Below, one piece after another: positions 1 through 10,610 of a DNA stretch of 64,000 nucleotides. Below the pieces are notes generated by a model, which saw only the letters and a list, made by a program, of their open reading frames with translations, did no database searches and was not told the origin of the DNA. Position numbers and translations under genes: made by a program. Position 1 is the first letter of the stretch; the number at the start of each line of letters is the position of its first letter. Source of the stretch: an uncultured Chloroflexia bacterium (GTDB taxonomy: Bacteria; Chloroflexota; Anaerolineae; Anaerolineales; UBA11858); the NCBI GenBank assembly GCA_963712165.1, contig CAVQGY010000002.1, forward strand, positions 618,795 through 682,794, written 5' to 3'.

Positions 1-536
1 GCAGTTTCAATCATCAGCACTCCCCGACCGTAGATCATCCCGGGACGCAGGGCGACCGGCGCGATAGGACCGCGTTCGTCGGAGTCAAAGAGAAGTTTTT
101 CAGCCGTCAGGCGGGTCTGGGCATGGACCGAATCTGGTTGCCCATTGAGAGTGCCAGATGCTGGACGATCTGGGAATGTCTCCCCTTCGACATGGGGAAA
201 ACTGATCAGGATGATCTTGCTGACGCCGGCATCCCTGGCAACTTCCAGGAGATTCTTGAAGTACCCCACATTCGTGATGGGCAAGAACCGCTCGGGCCTG
301 GGAGCAAAAAGGACCCCGGCAAAATGGACAATGCAATCCACATTCCGGCAGGCGTTAAGCAGCGTGTCAGGCTTTCCGAGATCGCCTTGATAAACTGTCA
401 CATTCGAGTGACCATCGGTTCGGAAAGGCAATGGGGTTTGATGAATAAGCAGGTGGAGTTGATGGCTGCTGGGTAGAAGGTGACTCGCCAGGATAGATCC
501 AAGGTTGCCTGCAGCGCCAGTGATTAATATTCTCAT
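1..536 (-). CDS. NAD(P)-dependent oxidoreductase/epimerase (SDR-like), 3' end outside window
   Basis: Minus strand from ATG at 536 reads MRILITGAAGNLGS (Rossmann GxxGxxG); not in the ORF track because it runs off the edge. Confidence 0.75.
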   Translation of the reverse strand, partial: MRILITGAAGNLGSILASHLLPSSHQLHLLIHQTPLPFRTDGHSNVTVYQGDLGKPDTLLNACRNVDCIVHFAGVLFAPRPERFLPITNVGYFKNLLEVARDAGVSKIILISFPHVEGETFPDRPASGTLNGQPDSVHAQTRLTAEKLLFDSDERGPIAPVALRPGMIYGRGVLMIET

Positions 537-735
537 ATTTTCATTCTGCCTGAAGTTGATCCAGCTAATACTACATATATTGTATCAATCCCGGGGTACT
601 CACACTATTCAGTGATGATCGTATTCCTGGGGGGTGTTTCGCGAGTTCACGAAGGATCTTTTTTGTGAGGTTATCCATCTTCCCTATTCAAATCCCTGGC
701 CATCTATTACGATGCCATACTATCAAATGACGCAG

Positions 736-1809
736 TTATCGATAGACAGATGAAATGCTCTCCCGCGCCTCGTTCCAACAAGTTATATCAGTGGAATCCG
801 TGAACTGGTTCACCGATCCGATCTGCCTTTTTAAGGACTTCAGTCGCGGGGATTGAATTTTTTGCATAAGGGCCTGGACGAATCGTCCTGAATCAGGCAC
901 CTGATAAGGCCGGTCATGAAAATTGCTGATCTTCGGCTCGATATATTCTGTGATCGAGAGCTCGTTATGCATCTCCGCCAGGAGCAAATACACCTGACTG
1001 ATGATTTTTTCCCTTTCCTTCCAATTTTCTTGTGTAAATACCCTCTTCAGCAAAGGCTCCAGTTTCTGGGCACAGTTCAGCCTGCTGAAGGCAGTCCCAA
1101 ACCACTTCATATAGGGAGCGTACTCCTTTTCCATGTAGAAACAAATCCCCATGATCTCCTTCACCTGCCGGGCTGCCACTACCCTGGAACCCAACTCGTC
1201 CCCAACATCACCGCAGCGGGCCATAAAGGGCTCTTCCTGATCGATTCGCAACCACTGACTTGCCAGGATGAAATACCAGATATCATCGGGATACCAGTTG
1301 AGTACCCTCTTGATCTCCTGGAGAGCACCAAGACCATCATGGAAGACCCTGCCGCTCTGGATACCCCGGAGCAGCAATTCCGGTGTACGGAGCCAATCGA
1401 TCTCCGTAATCCCGTTGAGCGGGTTGAACCCAAGGTGCCATGTAAAATAGGAATCGACAGCGAATGTGCGTGCCCTATGAATGATGGGGTATTCGGTCCT
1501 CTCCCCCATTAGGTAGTCATTCTCAAAATGGGTGGAGTATCCCTTGTAGGTAAAGGGTAGTTTGTTGGCCAGAAAGTCATAGATCTGGTCTCCCACTACC
1601 TCGTAATCATCTGTTGAAAAAAACAGATCAACCCGGGGTCCCCAGTCATGGTCGATGGAACGCTGGTCATCAAATCCCAAGACGTCGGATCCGGTGATCA
1701 ACCGACCTGCCGAATACTCAATCTCAGGAAAATGTTCCTCCAATAGCGGCGCAACAATCTCGAAATAGAAATCATGGCTCAGTTGCAGTCCCTTAATATG
1801 AGGGGGCAT
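736..1809 (-). CDS. DUF4037 domain protein
   Basis: GSDVLGFDD..S.DHDWGPR motif and C-terminal YAPY.KW typical of this family. Confidence 0.75.
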   Translation of the reverse strand: MPPHIKGLQLSHDFYFEIVAPLLEEHFPEIEYSAGRLITGSDVLGFDDQRSIDHDWGPRVDLFFSTDDYEVVGDQIYDFLANKLPFTYKGYSTHFENDYLMGERTEYPIIHRARTFAVDSYFTWHLGFNPLNGITEIDWLRTPELLLRGIQSGRVFHDGLGALQEIKRVLNWYPDDIWYFILASQWLRIDQEEPFMARCGDVGDELGSRVVAARQVKEIMGICFYMEKEYAPYMKWFGTAFSRLNCAQKLEPLLKRVFTQENWKEREKIISQVYLLLAEMHNELSITEYIEPKISNFHDRPYQVPDSGRFVQALMQKIQSPRLKSLKRQIGSVNQFTDSTDITCWNEARESISSVYR

Positions 1810-1833
1810 TATGATTCCTCCATTTGATCACAT

Positions 1834-2526
1834 TCACTCACTAGTTATTGGTGTTTTATTCCGAATAATCCGCTCCGTTACATATCTATGAATATAGAAG
1901 GTATAGGGTATTCCAAGATTGGTTTCAATAAGTGAATTGATCACAAGCGGCTTCCAGGCAGCCGGCCGGATCCCGCTGATGATCAAGGACCCTTCCCAGG
2001 CAAATTGTACACCTATGCCAATCGCCAGCAGCATGAGAAGATTCACCTTTTCTCTACCCTTCAGATTCCTGATGATGATCCAAATATATCCCAGGCACAG
2101 TATCAATACCATTACTCCGTGATATGACCCTGTGCCGCGAGAAATGGATATGTCAGGAAAGTTAGCCCCAAAATTCTGGCTTAATTGCCCGATGGTGACC
2201 CAACCCAAAATGGGCAGCAAGGACCACTCGACCGCGTGACCATCTTGATCTAGCAATAACCAAATCCACGCAAAATTGGTAAACCCGTAACTGATGCTCA
2301 ACCACAGCAGGAACCAGGCAGGATTTGCTCCCATAACTTGTCGGGTCCCAAGCAGCGTATAGAAAATCCCATAGTCCACCAGAAAATACACCACGCCTGC
2401 AATCAGTCCTACGACGACAGCTGTTCGCTTTTTAAAATAGAATAGAACACCACCAAATATCAACAACCAGATTATGTCAAGGACAATATATAGCGAACTA
2501 AATGTACGAGCGACAGAATAATCCAT
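1834..2526 (-). CDS. hypothetical multi-pass membrane protein
   Basis: 230 aa ORF with several hydrophobic helices and RBS. Confidence 0.7.
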   Translation of the reverse strand: MDYSVARTFSSLYIVLDIIWLLIFGGVLFYFKKRTAVVVGLIAGVVYFLVDYGIFYTLLGTRQVMGANPAWFLLWLSISYGFTNFAWIWLLLDQDGHAVEWSLLPILGWVTIGQLSQNFGANFPDISISRGTGSYHGVMVLILCLGYIWIIIRNLKGREKVNLLMLLAIGIGVQFAWEGSLIISGIRPAAWKPLVINSLIETNLGIPYTFYIHRYVTERIIRNKTPITSE

Positions 2527-2570
2527 ACCCTTCCCCTTTGCCAGATATCAGTTTCTAATCCAACGGCTAC

Positions 2571-3014
2571 TTAGTTTTGGGTTGCATCCTGTAAGGCGCC
2601 TCGCGCCGGATCTGACGGAGTTCTTACTGTCCTGGACAGGCTGAATACAATCACCAATCCGACCAGGTAGACACTGATCGTCAACCAGAAGTAGCCGTGC
2701 ACTATGTCATCCGGCAGCATCTTCATCAACCTCCCCACATCATTTGGATCTGTCAAACCGCTCCTGTAGTTATGGATCGAATTCACCAGCGGGGAAATGA
2801 TCCCGATGGCAATCAGGTTGAGCCAGATCCAACGCCTTTTAAATCGTACTAACATGCATACAGCAAAGATAACTGAAAAAGTCATAAAATCACACAAGTA
2901 CGGCGCTCCGAGGGATGCTGCTGTAACAGGCCCATCCCAGTCCACATAACCCCAGTAGCCTTGGGTAGGCCAGAAAACGAACTCAGTGATCCTGGCGCCC
3001 TCGATCATTGCCAT
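2571..3014 (-). CDS. hypothetical membrane protein (start uncertain, possibly truncated)
   Basis: Hydrophobic ORF just downstream of the last degenerate attC. Confidence 0.5.
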   Translation of the reverse strand: MAMIEGARITEFVFWPTQGYWGYVDWDGPVTAASLGAPYLCDFMTFSVIFAVCMLVRFKRRWIWLNLIAIGIISPLVNSIHNYRSGLTDPNDVGRLMKMLPDDIVHGYFWLTISVYLVGLVIVFSLSRTVRTPSDPARGALQDATQN

Positions 3015-3149
3015 TACCGCGTGACTGGCTTCATGCCGAAATGTACCCAGCAGCTGGTATATCGGATAGGCGAGGATCCATAGAAGATCGGTTTTCTTAA
3101 TTCTTCTCCTCCCGAAAAAGAAAATAGATGGTTTTGGCTTCTACCAGGA

Positions 3150-3306
3150 GCTTGGCGTATGAGTTCACTTGGCGCCGGTTTTTTCTCGGTTGTCCATCAT
3201 CGGCTCTGGGTCCGCCGCAGGCACTCAGGTGCCTGTCCTGAGCCCCGCTTCTCTAACTCCGTCAAAGATCAGGTTAAACTCTGTCAAAGGAGAGCAGGGG
3301 TTAGTT
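3150..3306 (-). repeat. degenerate attC with micro-element insertion
   Basis: GTATGAGTTCAC...TCAGGTG[CCTGTCCTGAGC..]GAGCAGGGGTTAG. Confidence 0.55.
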
Positions 3307-3400
3307 GTCGTTGCCACTATATAAGCGTGCAAATCTTATGGTACGTGGATGAGCGAAAAAAAGCACTGTTAAAATAATTGAAATACTACATCCGATTTCT

Positions 3401-5056
3401 CTATTCTCCTCGGCCCTGGTTCATTTTCTTATGTAAGTGCTCCGGCCATTGGGAAAAATCCTCAGCGGGATATATTTCGAGTTCCGGGCCGTTTTGGGTT
3501 AGTAAATCTGCTGTTTTGCAGCCGAGAACATTTTTTGCCGCGGCCAGGCCAGAGCTGGTTACACCTGCTACTCCATGGCTTAGTGTGCTAGCTCCGCACA
3601 TGTATAAGCCTGCTATTTCGGTTTTGACGGGGAAGGAACCGGGCCCAACTTGCCTGCGGCTTTTTGAGATGCCGTATTGGTTGCCTCGGGTGGCGCTCAG
3701 ATAATATTCGTTTGTAAGTGGTGTGCCTAAATTCCAATAAACTACCTTATCAGATATGCCTGGGATGTGTTTTTCTAAAGTTTGGAACATTTTCCAAGCC
3801 AGGTCTTCTTTGAGTCCCTGGTAAGCGTCTGGGCGAGAACCCTGGTCTGAATCAGCCCATTCTTCAAAAGCAGCGTAATCTACAAAGGTGAAAGCCTCGC
3901 AGGTGTGGTGACCGCGCCCTTTGCCAGAGGTGTGCATTTTGGATGGGTCTTTGAGGGTGGTCACTGTTAAGAACATCATGCCAGGACGCTCAGCCGTCAA
4001 AGCGTGATCGGTTAAACCTTGTTTATATAATTCGTCTACATTTTCATTGTCGTAAAGCCAATAATTACCAGAATCCAGCCCGGCCTGTTCTAAATCCATA
4101 TCGAGCGCGAAAAATAGGCTCAACGCCGAAACGGAATAGGTAACGCGATCTAATTTGGCGACTAACTTTTGGCTCAGCGATTTGCGCCCGATAAGTTTTC
4201 CAAAGGTGATTTCCGGGTCGGCGTTGCTGATAACCGTCTCGGCGTGAATTTCTTCTCCATCCGCCAAGCGGATGCCGCACACACGCCCACCTTTGAGGAG
4301 GATTTTATCCACTCTGGTTTTGAGGCGTATTTCACCGCCGGCTCTTTTCAAAACCTTAACAAACGCTCTCGGGATGGCAAATGCGCCTCCGATCGGATAA
4401 TATCCCCCGTTGAAATAATGGTGCAAAATGCTAACTGGAACAAAGGCTGAAACTTGTGTAGGCGGCATGCCATGGTCGCCTGATTGCCCCGCTAAAATTC
4501 CTTGTAGAACGGGGTCATCAATAAAATGTTCGATCAAGTCTTGCCCCGAACGTGTGATCCAGCGGAGCAGCGAGATTGAGCCAATGGCGGCTTTGACTTT
4601 TTCAAGCGCACCTTTATCACTACCCAATTTGCTGAGCATTGCGACCATTTTTTCGGCGGTATCAAGATACCCATCAATGCCTTCAGATTCGTGCGGGAAA
4701 TATTCTTTTAGTCTCGCTGCTAGATTATCTTTACCTTTTGGGAAATCAAATTGCTGATCGCCTATTCGAATGTGGTCATATCCTTCGGGATTAAGTTCGG
4801 AGAAAGCGAGGTCGCCTGACACACCCAGTCCTTGATAAATGCGGCGCAGTGGCCCTCCTTCTTCGATACCACCAATATAATGCACGCCAGGGCTAAAGCG
4901 ATAGCCATTCAAGGTGAATGAGTGCGTCCATCCGCCGGGCACTTCATGTTGCTCGCAGACGAGAACGCTCTTTCCCGCTTGGGCTAAGGCAACCGCAGCG
5001 GTTAGGCCTCCCGCACCTGAGCCAATGACAATGATGTCGTAATATTTTTTGGACAT
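3401..5056 (-). CDS. phytoene desaturase/retinol saturase-like FAD oxidoreductase
   Basis: YDIIVIGSGAGGL, E...PGG, C-terminal GLYMCGAS..HGV.G. Confidence 0.85.
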   Translation of the reverse strand: MSKKYYDIIVIGSGAGGLTAAVALAQAGKSVLVCEQHEVPGGWTHSFTLNGYRFSPGVHYIGGIEEGGPLRRIYQGLGVSGDLAFSELNPEGYDHIRIGDQQFDFPKGKDNLAARLKEYFPHESEGIDGYLDTAEKMVAMLSKLGSDKGALEKVKAAIGSISLLRWITRSGQDLIEHFIDDPVLQGILAGQSGDHGMPPTQVSAFVPVSILHHYFNGGYYPIGGAFAIPRAFVKVLKRAGGEIRLKTRVDKILLKGGRVCGIRLADGEEIHAETVISNADPEITFGKLIGRKSLSQKLVAKLDRVTYSVSALSLFFALDMDLEQAGLDSGNYWLYDNENVDELYKQGLTDHALTAERPGMMFLTVTTLKDPSKMHTSGKGRGHHTCEAFTFVDYAAFEEWADSDQGSRPDAYQGLKEDLAWKMFQTLEKHIPGISDKVVYWNLGTPLTNEYYLSATRGNQYGISKSRRQVGPGSFPVKTEIAGLYMCGASTLSHGVAGVTSSGLAAAKNVLGCKTADLLTQNGPELEIYPAEDFSQWPEHLHKKMNQGRGE

Positions 5057-5095
5057 ATTCCTCTTGTTCAAAATTTTGACAGATTCGAATTTCAT

Positions 5096-5183
5096 CAATA
5101 AAAAGATAAGCTCACCCGACTAAGATAACTTGATTATCCATACGCCGCCAGCCCACAAAGATCGGGTGAAGCCTGGGTTAGCC
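5096..5183 (-). repeat. degenerate attC
   Basis: AAGCTCACCCGA...TCGGGTGAAGCCTGGGTTAGCC; R' eroded. Confidence 0.55.
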
Positions 5184-5216
5184 GCCAATGAGTTAATGAA
5201 TTGAAAAGGTCCCCAT

Positions 5217-5693
5217 TCAAGAATCCTTGATTGGGCGAATTGCTGCCATTGTTCGATTTGCAGCGTATTGCATAAGTTGCTCTCGCGTAGGCTTTGGACT
5301 CATGCCTTCAAGTTTAAGCATCGCACCCATAAACTTGGGATGGAGTTTTAAACGGTGCTCGAGGAAATCCGCGATTTGAGCGGGATCGGTGATTGGATCT
5401 GCTTGACCCAGAAATGTATAGGAACCCACGGTCAATTTCACATTTGGATCTGCTGACAGGTTTTGGAACCAATCCGCCTTGGCTCCCCGCGCCGAACCCA
5501 GATAGATAACCCCATCGATTTCTTCGAATTGGAGCGGTGTTATCCTGGGCAGACCAGATTTGCGTCCCTTTGTTTCTAATAAAAGCACAAAACCCCCTAC
5601 AAGCGAGCCGAGCCCCACCGAGTAGGCAATCCTCGGGGGTAAAAAACGAAGAAGACGCCATACGAAACGTGGAATTTTTTCAACCCTGTTCAT
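5217..5693 (-). CDS. F420-dependent (deazaflavin) nitroreductase family oxidoreductase
   Basis: LLLETKGRKSGLPR.TPL, ADWFQNL.A.P.V motifs. Confidence 0.85.
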   Translation of the reverse strand: MNRVEKIPRFVWRLLRFLPPRIAYSVGLGSLVGGFVLLLETKGRKSGLPRITPLQFEEIDGVIYLGSARGAKADWFQNLSADPNVKLTVGSYTFLGQADPITDPAQIADFLEHRLKLHPKFMGAMLKLEGMSPKPTREQLMQYAANRTMAAIRPIKDS

Positions 5694-5782
5694 ACCGGTC
5701 CCTTATTAAAGATTTTCCAGTGGTTTTTCAGTGTATTCTATCTACTCTTATTATATATGTCCTTGCGGTATTTCAATTCCGG

Positions 5783-6274
5783 CTACCTTCCGGCGCTGAT
5801 TTCTATCGGTATCAAGCGAAAGCAAGGAAAGAATTTTGCTGCTTTTTCTATACTGGAAGGGTCCTCAAGGGTCACGCTTTCCCCGGCCCAGCGTGACCAG
5901 ATCTTTGCGCTATTGGGATTGATCCTGATTGCCTCACTCAATCTCCCTATGATTTCAGCGTCATTATAAGGTTTAGCGATGGCATCAAAGCTCTCATGGC
6001 CAATCTGTACCTGAACACGGGGATTAGCCGCAATATTAAGCCTCCAGTCAGTTTTTCCGCCCCAGCCTGCCATGATGATTGGATGCCCCGTGCTTTTCTC
6101 GCGTTGATATTCAACAGGTGTACAATGTTGCTTTCCGCTCTTGCGTCCGGTCGTGGTCAATAATAAAACAAAGCTGCTGAATATTGGCAATCCTATCCGA
6201 TAAAAGAATAGCGGCGTTTTAAACAACCACTTGAAGATAGGTCCAGGATTATCTTTAGGAACCAATCGAGTCAT
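5783..6274 (-). CDS. F420-dependent (deazaflavin) nitroreductase family oxidoreductase
   Basis: LLLTTTGRKSGK, DWRLNI.ANPRV motifs. Confidence 0.85.
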   Translation of the reverse strand: MTRLVPKDNPGPIFKWLFKTPLFFYRIGLPIFSSFVLLLTTTGRKSGKQHCTPVEYQREKSTGHPIIMAGWGGKTDWRLNIAANPRVQVQIGHESFDAIAKPYNDAEIIGRLSEAIRINPNSAKIWSRWAGESVTLEDPSSIEKAAKFFPCFRLIPIEISAGR

Positions 6275-6440
6275 AATTAATTCTTCTGCTCTTAAAGTGA
6301 TGCGTAACAGGAGGCTGAGATTTTGTTTTCCCATTTTCAGTTTGATCAAACTCCGACAATCTCTTTTATTCTAGAGGCCATTCTTGACGGTGGTCCCTGT
6401 TTGTGAACCACTTATTATGATATTTTATCGGTAATTTTCA

Positions 6441-7250
6441 TTATTTATCATTATCAGCTGGCAGGGTCATTGCGCAGCGAAACCCCACGCGCTGATTGGG
6501 CCTGACAGAATGAGAAGAATCACGGAAGAATGTCTTGGCAACCGCTGCATCTGAAGCCCATGATCCACCGCGCAAACCATGGTCTAATACTTCATCTGCA
6601 CCAGTCGGATTCTTGCTGGGAGCATAAGTGTAATAATCAAACTCAAAATAGTCTGACACCCATTCAGCAGCATTGCCTGCCATATCCAATACGCCATAAA
6701 TGCTTGCTCCCCCCGGGTAGCTTCCTACAGCTACAACACCACCAAGGTTGCTTTCCAGTGTATTTGCTTTTGATGGGTCCCAATGATTGCCCCATGGGTA
6801 TATCCACCCATCAATGCCCCGGGCAGCTTTTTCCCATTCGGCTTCACTCGGAAGACGTTTTCCTACCCAGCGGCAATAGGCGTCTGCCTCTGACCAGAGA
6901 ATTCCAACTACAGGCTCATCCGCCCCCTGTGCTACTATCGAATTGTCCCAGCCTCGTTTCGTCTGGAAGTTGGTCTGGGCAACAAATACTGAAAACGCCG
7001 CATTGGTTACTTCTGTTCGATCAATCGCGTACGCATCAAGATATACTTGACGCTGTGGATTATTTGACTTTCGGTCATCATCTTGGCCCATTAAAAACCA
7101 TCCCGCGGGAACAATGACCATTTCATTCAGCATGGTTTCTGGTGGCTGCGAACAAGATACACACCCAATGCCAAGAAATCCGAGTGTAATGAGAAATAAT
7201 GGCCAACCCCTACCGTATTCGCGAAATAGAAATTGGATAGTCATTTTCAA
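6441..7250 (-). CDS. formylglycine-generating enzyme (FGE-sulfatase) domain protein
   Basis: RLPSEAEWEKAARG, YPWG, DMAGNAAEWV, RGGSW, GFRC. Confidence 0.9.
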   Translation of the reverse strand: MKMTIQFLFREYGRGWPLFLITLGFLGIGCVSCSQPPETMLNEMVIVPAGWFLMGQDDDRKSNNPQRQVYLDAYAIDRTEVTNAAFSVFVAQTNFQTKRGWDNSIVAQGADEPVVGILWSEADAYCRWVGKRLPSEAEWEKAARGIDGWIYPWGNHWDPSKANTLESNLGGVVAVGSYPGGASIYGVLDMAGNAAEWVSDYFEFDYYTYAPSKNPTGADEVLDHGLRGGSWASDAAVAKTFFRDSSHSVRPNQRVGFRCAMTLPADNDK

Positions 7251-7279
7251 CCATTCCTCTTAATAATTCACACGTAACC

Positions 7280-7456
7280 ACCAAGCGAAAGAGCTTCAGG
7301 AAGCATCCTATTGGGCTCCCGCAGCCGGGCCAATTTTTTATTTTCAATTTTCTATCTTCAATTCAAATCGGCTATCAGGTGGTCCCTCCTGAGACCGTCG
7401 ACTCTGACTTCTTCATCGCTCCTATTTGCCTTGCCAAAGGAGAGCGGTAGTTAGGT
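7280..7456 (-). repeat. degenerate attC with insertions in both arms
   Basis: GAGCTTCAGGAAGCATCC.., TTTTCAA loop, CAGGTGGTCCCTCCTGAG..GAGCGGTAGTTAGGT. Confidence 0.65.
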
Positions 7457-7461
7457 GGTTC

Positions 7462-7854
7462 TTAGTCTTCAGAGCACGATGCTTTTCTTGTTAGTTTATT
7501 TATTTTCCTGTAAAGAATAGAGATGTTTATTATTGAAATAATCAAAAGGAAAAAAAACATAAAAACGAGAGCGTATTCGCCGCTTTGTGCAAAATAACCT
7601 GGGCTATTCACTACTGTGTAACAGAGCATGCCTTGTGCAAAGGCCGATAATACCCACCATTCCTGTTTCGATGTCCGTAAAATTATACCCGTCACTATTA
7701 GCGCAATTGCTGTAATGAACTCGATGGCCAGATGAAAAGATATACTCACTGGAGTTGTTTCTAGCTCTGGGACATTACCGGTTGTCAAAAAAAACAACCA
7801 CTGGAAAAACATAAGGGCTCCAATCAACACAGAGCTGATCTTCACAAATTTCAT
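7462..7854 (-). CDS. hypothetical membrane protein (cassette)
   Basis: 130 aa, four hydrophobic segments. Confidence 0.7.
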   Translation of the reverse strand: MKFVKISSVLIGALMFFQWLFFLTTGNVPELETTPVSISFHLAIEFITAIALIVTGIILRTSKQEWWVLSAFAQGMLCYTVVNSPGYFAQSGEYALVFMFFFLLIISIINISILYRKINKLTRKASCSED

Positions 7855-7910
7855 ATTAGTTATCCTTGATAATATTTTTGATAAACATTATTTCGATTTT
7901 TTAACCTGTC

Positions 7911-8036
7911 CGCCTATCTTAAAAGCTCGCCTGATGCCGGGGCCAGTTTCATATAATTATAGAACCAACGCTAAAAAGGGGGAGTAATGATCGAGTAATT
8001 GGTTTGCCCAGCGCTCAGGTGGAGCGGGGGTTTTGT
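7911..8036 (-). repeat. degenerate attC
   Basis: AGCTCGCCTG...CTCAGGTGGAGCGGGGGTTTT. Confidence 0.55.
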
Positions 8037-8051
8037 TTGACCGGTGGTGGA

Positions 8052-8461
8052 TTATTCCTGAATCAAATACTCCGTATTTCTGACCGATAATCCATCAACG
8101 GGATGGTTATTAATCTCAATGATGAGACCGTTTTCCAGATTGAGGGGATAAACCTCGGACATAATGCCATCAACGCAGACCTGCACATCTATCCTGTTTC
8201 CTTCAATTTCTACTGTCTCAACAATCTGTTGGTCCGAGGAGCTGAGCCTGATCCTCAATCTCTTGAGTGCCTACCATGGAGAGGATCAAGCTGCCATTGA
8301 TAAAGATTTCAACCTCTTTATCAAGAAAGCCGTATCCAAGTCCTACTAGCAATTTCGCCAGGTAATTCCTGAACCAGGCCTTCTTGGGGCAGTACAGCGC
8401 ATCCTCCAAGAACGGAGATGGCAATTAATAACAAGATAAGCTTCTTTATTTTATTTAACAT
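8052..8461 (-). pseudogene. frameshifted lipoprotein-like gene
   Basis: Signal peptide MLNKIKK...LGGC followed by fragments in three frames (8321-8461, 8218-8424, 8052-8258). Confidence 0.5.
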
Positions 8462-8737
8462 AGCTGATGAGCCTCGCGAAGCGCCCTGAGTGGATACGAA
8501 GGGTTGCGAAACAGTCATTAGGGCACCCGCAGCAGGATTCAAGTAATCAGTAATCAGTCTGCCCGGTCGGAAGCTAAGCATCCACCGGTCTTCGGTCTCT
8601 TGGCCCCTGTCCAGAGCCCTTCACTTCGCTCAGGATAAACTCCGCGAAGAACCGGTCGTTCGCCCTTCAACTCGTTTCCTTCGCTCTAGCTCAGCTCAGG
8701 CAGGGAAAACCTGGCCGAAGGGGGGCGGGGGTTAGCC
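8458..8737 (-). repeat. expanded attC with nested insertions
   Basis: GATGAGCCTCGCGAAGC[CCCTGAG..CGAAGGG]..CACCCGCAGC...GCCGAAGGGGGGCGGGGGTTAGCC. Confidence 0.7.
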
Positions 8738-8746
8738 TACGTTCTC

Positions 8747-9412
8747 TTAGTGAACAGCATTTATAAACCATCCACCCACAGGTGAGGCGAAATTTAATAA
8801 AATATGAGCAAGTACAGTCCAGCGGATGGATCCGCTGGTTCTAGCCACCCAGCCCCAAACAAGTCCCAGGAGAATTGAAATCAGGGCAAATCTTAAAGTA
8901 TCGGCCGTTATCGTTCCAGAATCTACAATTTGGGGAGATAGATGCCAAAACCCAAACCAAATTGCTGGATAAAGATAACCCCAAAACAAATTTCCATTAA
9001 AAGCGACAACATAAGTTCCACGCCAGAGGATTTCTTCAAATGTTCCATTTGATATAGCATAGAAGAGCGAAAATAAAATAAACAGGGTAGTAGTCCCTTT
9101 GATGCTTGAGGAAAATTGAGTTAAGTATAGAAGGAGGGGGGGACCCGAGAGGAGGAGCAATCCCAGCCAGATCGGCTTGCCAAATTGCGGATCTGGTTTG
9201 CTAAACATTTCTCTTATTCCTTCAAGACCTACTGTGACCAAGGGTAACAAGAAACACCATACAAGCCAATAAAATATGAAACCAAATAGATAAGCTTTTT
9301 CACGACCAAGATTCGTGCTGAGATATCGGAAGAGAAAAAATGTTGAGACTAACAACACTGGAGGAGAGCCAAGAAGAATGTATTGTCTCGTATTAAACGA
9401 TGTAATCCCCAT
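8747..9412 (-). CDS. CPBP (Abi/CAAX) intramembrane metalloprotease
   Basis: EEILWRG, FGFWH, HxxxN motifs. Confidence 0.85.
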   Translation of the reverse strand: MGITSFNTRQYILLGSPPVLLVSTFFLFRYLSTNLGREKAYLFGFIFYWLVWCFLLPLVTVGLEGIREMFSKPDPQFGKPIWLGLLLLSGPPLLLYLTQFSSSIKGTTTLFILFSLFYAISNGTFEEILWRGTYVVAFNGNLFWGYLYPAIWFGFWHLSPQIVDSGTITADTLRFALISILLGLVWGWVARTSGSIRWTVLAHILLNFASPVGGWFINAVH

Positions 9413-9436
9413 AGGTAATACTCCAATCTTTAGGTA

Positions 9437-9710
9437 GGTTAACCGATGAGCTTTGCGAAGCATCTAGCCTGCGGGTAAGGGCACCTGCTCTGAGCGGACC
9501 CCGAGAACTTCGCTTCTCTCTGCATAAACTCCGCCGAGGGGGCAGTTGAAGAGTCAGGTGGTCCCTCCTGAGCCCTTCGACTCTGACTCCGTCATCGCTC
9601 CCTTCGCTATAACTCAGGGCAGGCAGGGTAAACCTAGCCGAAGGGGACCCCCCTGAGCAAAGCCGAAGGGGACCCTCCTGAGCAAAGCCGAAGGGGAGCG
9701 GGGGTTAGGT
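9437..9710 (-). repeat. expanded attC with nested and tandem micro-elements
   Basis: Insertions in both L boxes and loop; two tandem GACCCYCCTGAGCAAAGCCGAAGGG units at 9646-9695. Confidence 0.8.
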
Positions 9711-9726
9711 GGCAGTAAAAATCATT

Positions 9727-10383
9727 TCATCTATTCATTTCAGCCTTGGATTTTATAAAACGAATGATTGGAACCAAATAATAATTAAAAAAATAACTCG
9801 CTACTGCGATTAGCATTATGGTAAATACACTAAATCCGTTTTCTGCAATATCTCTTATAACTATATAAAGGACATAGCCGACAATTGCTAAACGAATAGC
9901 TATGGTCGTTGCAGAAAGAATAAGATCGGAATATTCAACTTCTATAGGAAGAGTAGTTTGTTCTTCCCAGGCAGGATTGCTCTTTAATCCAAAATGATAG
10001 TAAAGGTCATCTCTTGTGCTAACTTTGAGAATAACTCCAGTTGGGGCCTTAACTAATGTCGCTTCGGCAATAATGTTCAAAGGAATAAACCAGTTCCCAC
10101 AATGCAATCCATCTTCTGATAAGAACAGAACGCTTCGTCTCGCCTTCGCCCAACCCAGGCCAGGTCTGGTCTTGCAGTCGCTTTTCATCATTCTGGCTTT
10201 TGTAGCTCCTGCCGTTATAAGTTGTAGATCTGGATTTTTCCTCTCAAATTGCTTTACTTTCGTTGGTACATGATTAAACAGCGAAGTGCCTGATCTACGA
10301 GTTAACAACCAGATCACAGTGGTTGGAACAATAATAAGAAAAGCCATTGTGCCATAACATAAAAAATAACCATCTTCCATCAT
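9727..10383 (-). CDS. hypothetical membrane protein (cassette)
   Basis: Start moved to MMEDG with GGAG RBS; the longer ORF-track start lies inside attC. Confidence 0.65.
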   Translation of the reverse strand: MMEDGYFLCYGTMAFLIIVPTTVIWLLTRRSGTSLFNHVPTKVKQFERKNPDLQLITAGATKARMMKSDCKTRPGLGWAKARRSVLFLSEDGLHCGNWFIPLNIIAEATLVKAPTGVILKVSTRDDLYYHFGLKSNPAWEEQTTLPIEVEYSDLILSATTIAIRLAIVGYVLYIVIRDIAENGFSVFTIMLIAVASYFFNYYLVPIIRFIKSKAEMNR

Positions 10384-10409
10384 GTTCTCCTTGTAAATTG
10401 GGTTATGCC

Positions 10410-10610
10410 ACCTACTGGATGAGCTCACTTGTCCTGAGGCACGAAGGGTTGCGAAGCAGCTTCCCTGCTGGTAAGGGCACACGCGGCAGGATCTGTAATC
10501 AGTATACAGTATTCAGTGATAAGAATACACGGTCGGAAGCGAAGTTTCATCCGGTCTTCCGTCCTCGGTCCCGATCCACCGCAGGAGCTCAGGTGGATCG
10601 GGGGTTAGCT
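10410..10610 (-). repeat. attC with L-box insertion
   Basis: GGATGAGCTCAC[TTGTCCTGAGGCACGAAGGG..]...CAGGTGGATCGGGGGTTAGCT. Confidence 0.75.

Noticed and set aside
9646-9695. Tandem 25-nt repeats as a mini-CRISPR
   Set aside because: No spacers; they are stacked micro-element copies inside an attC
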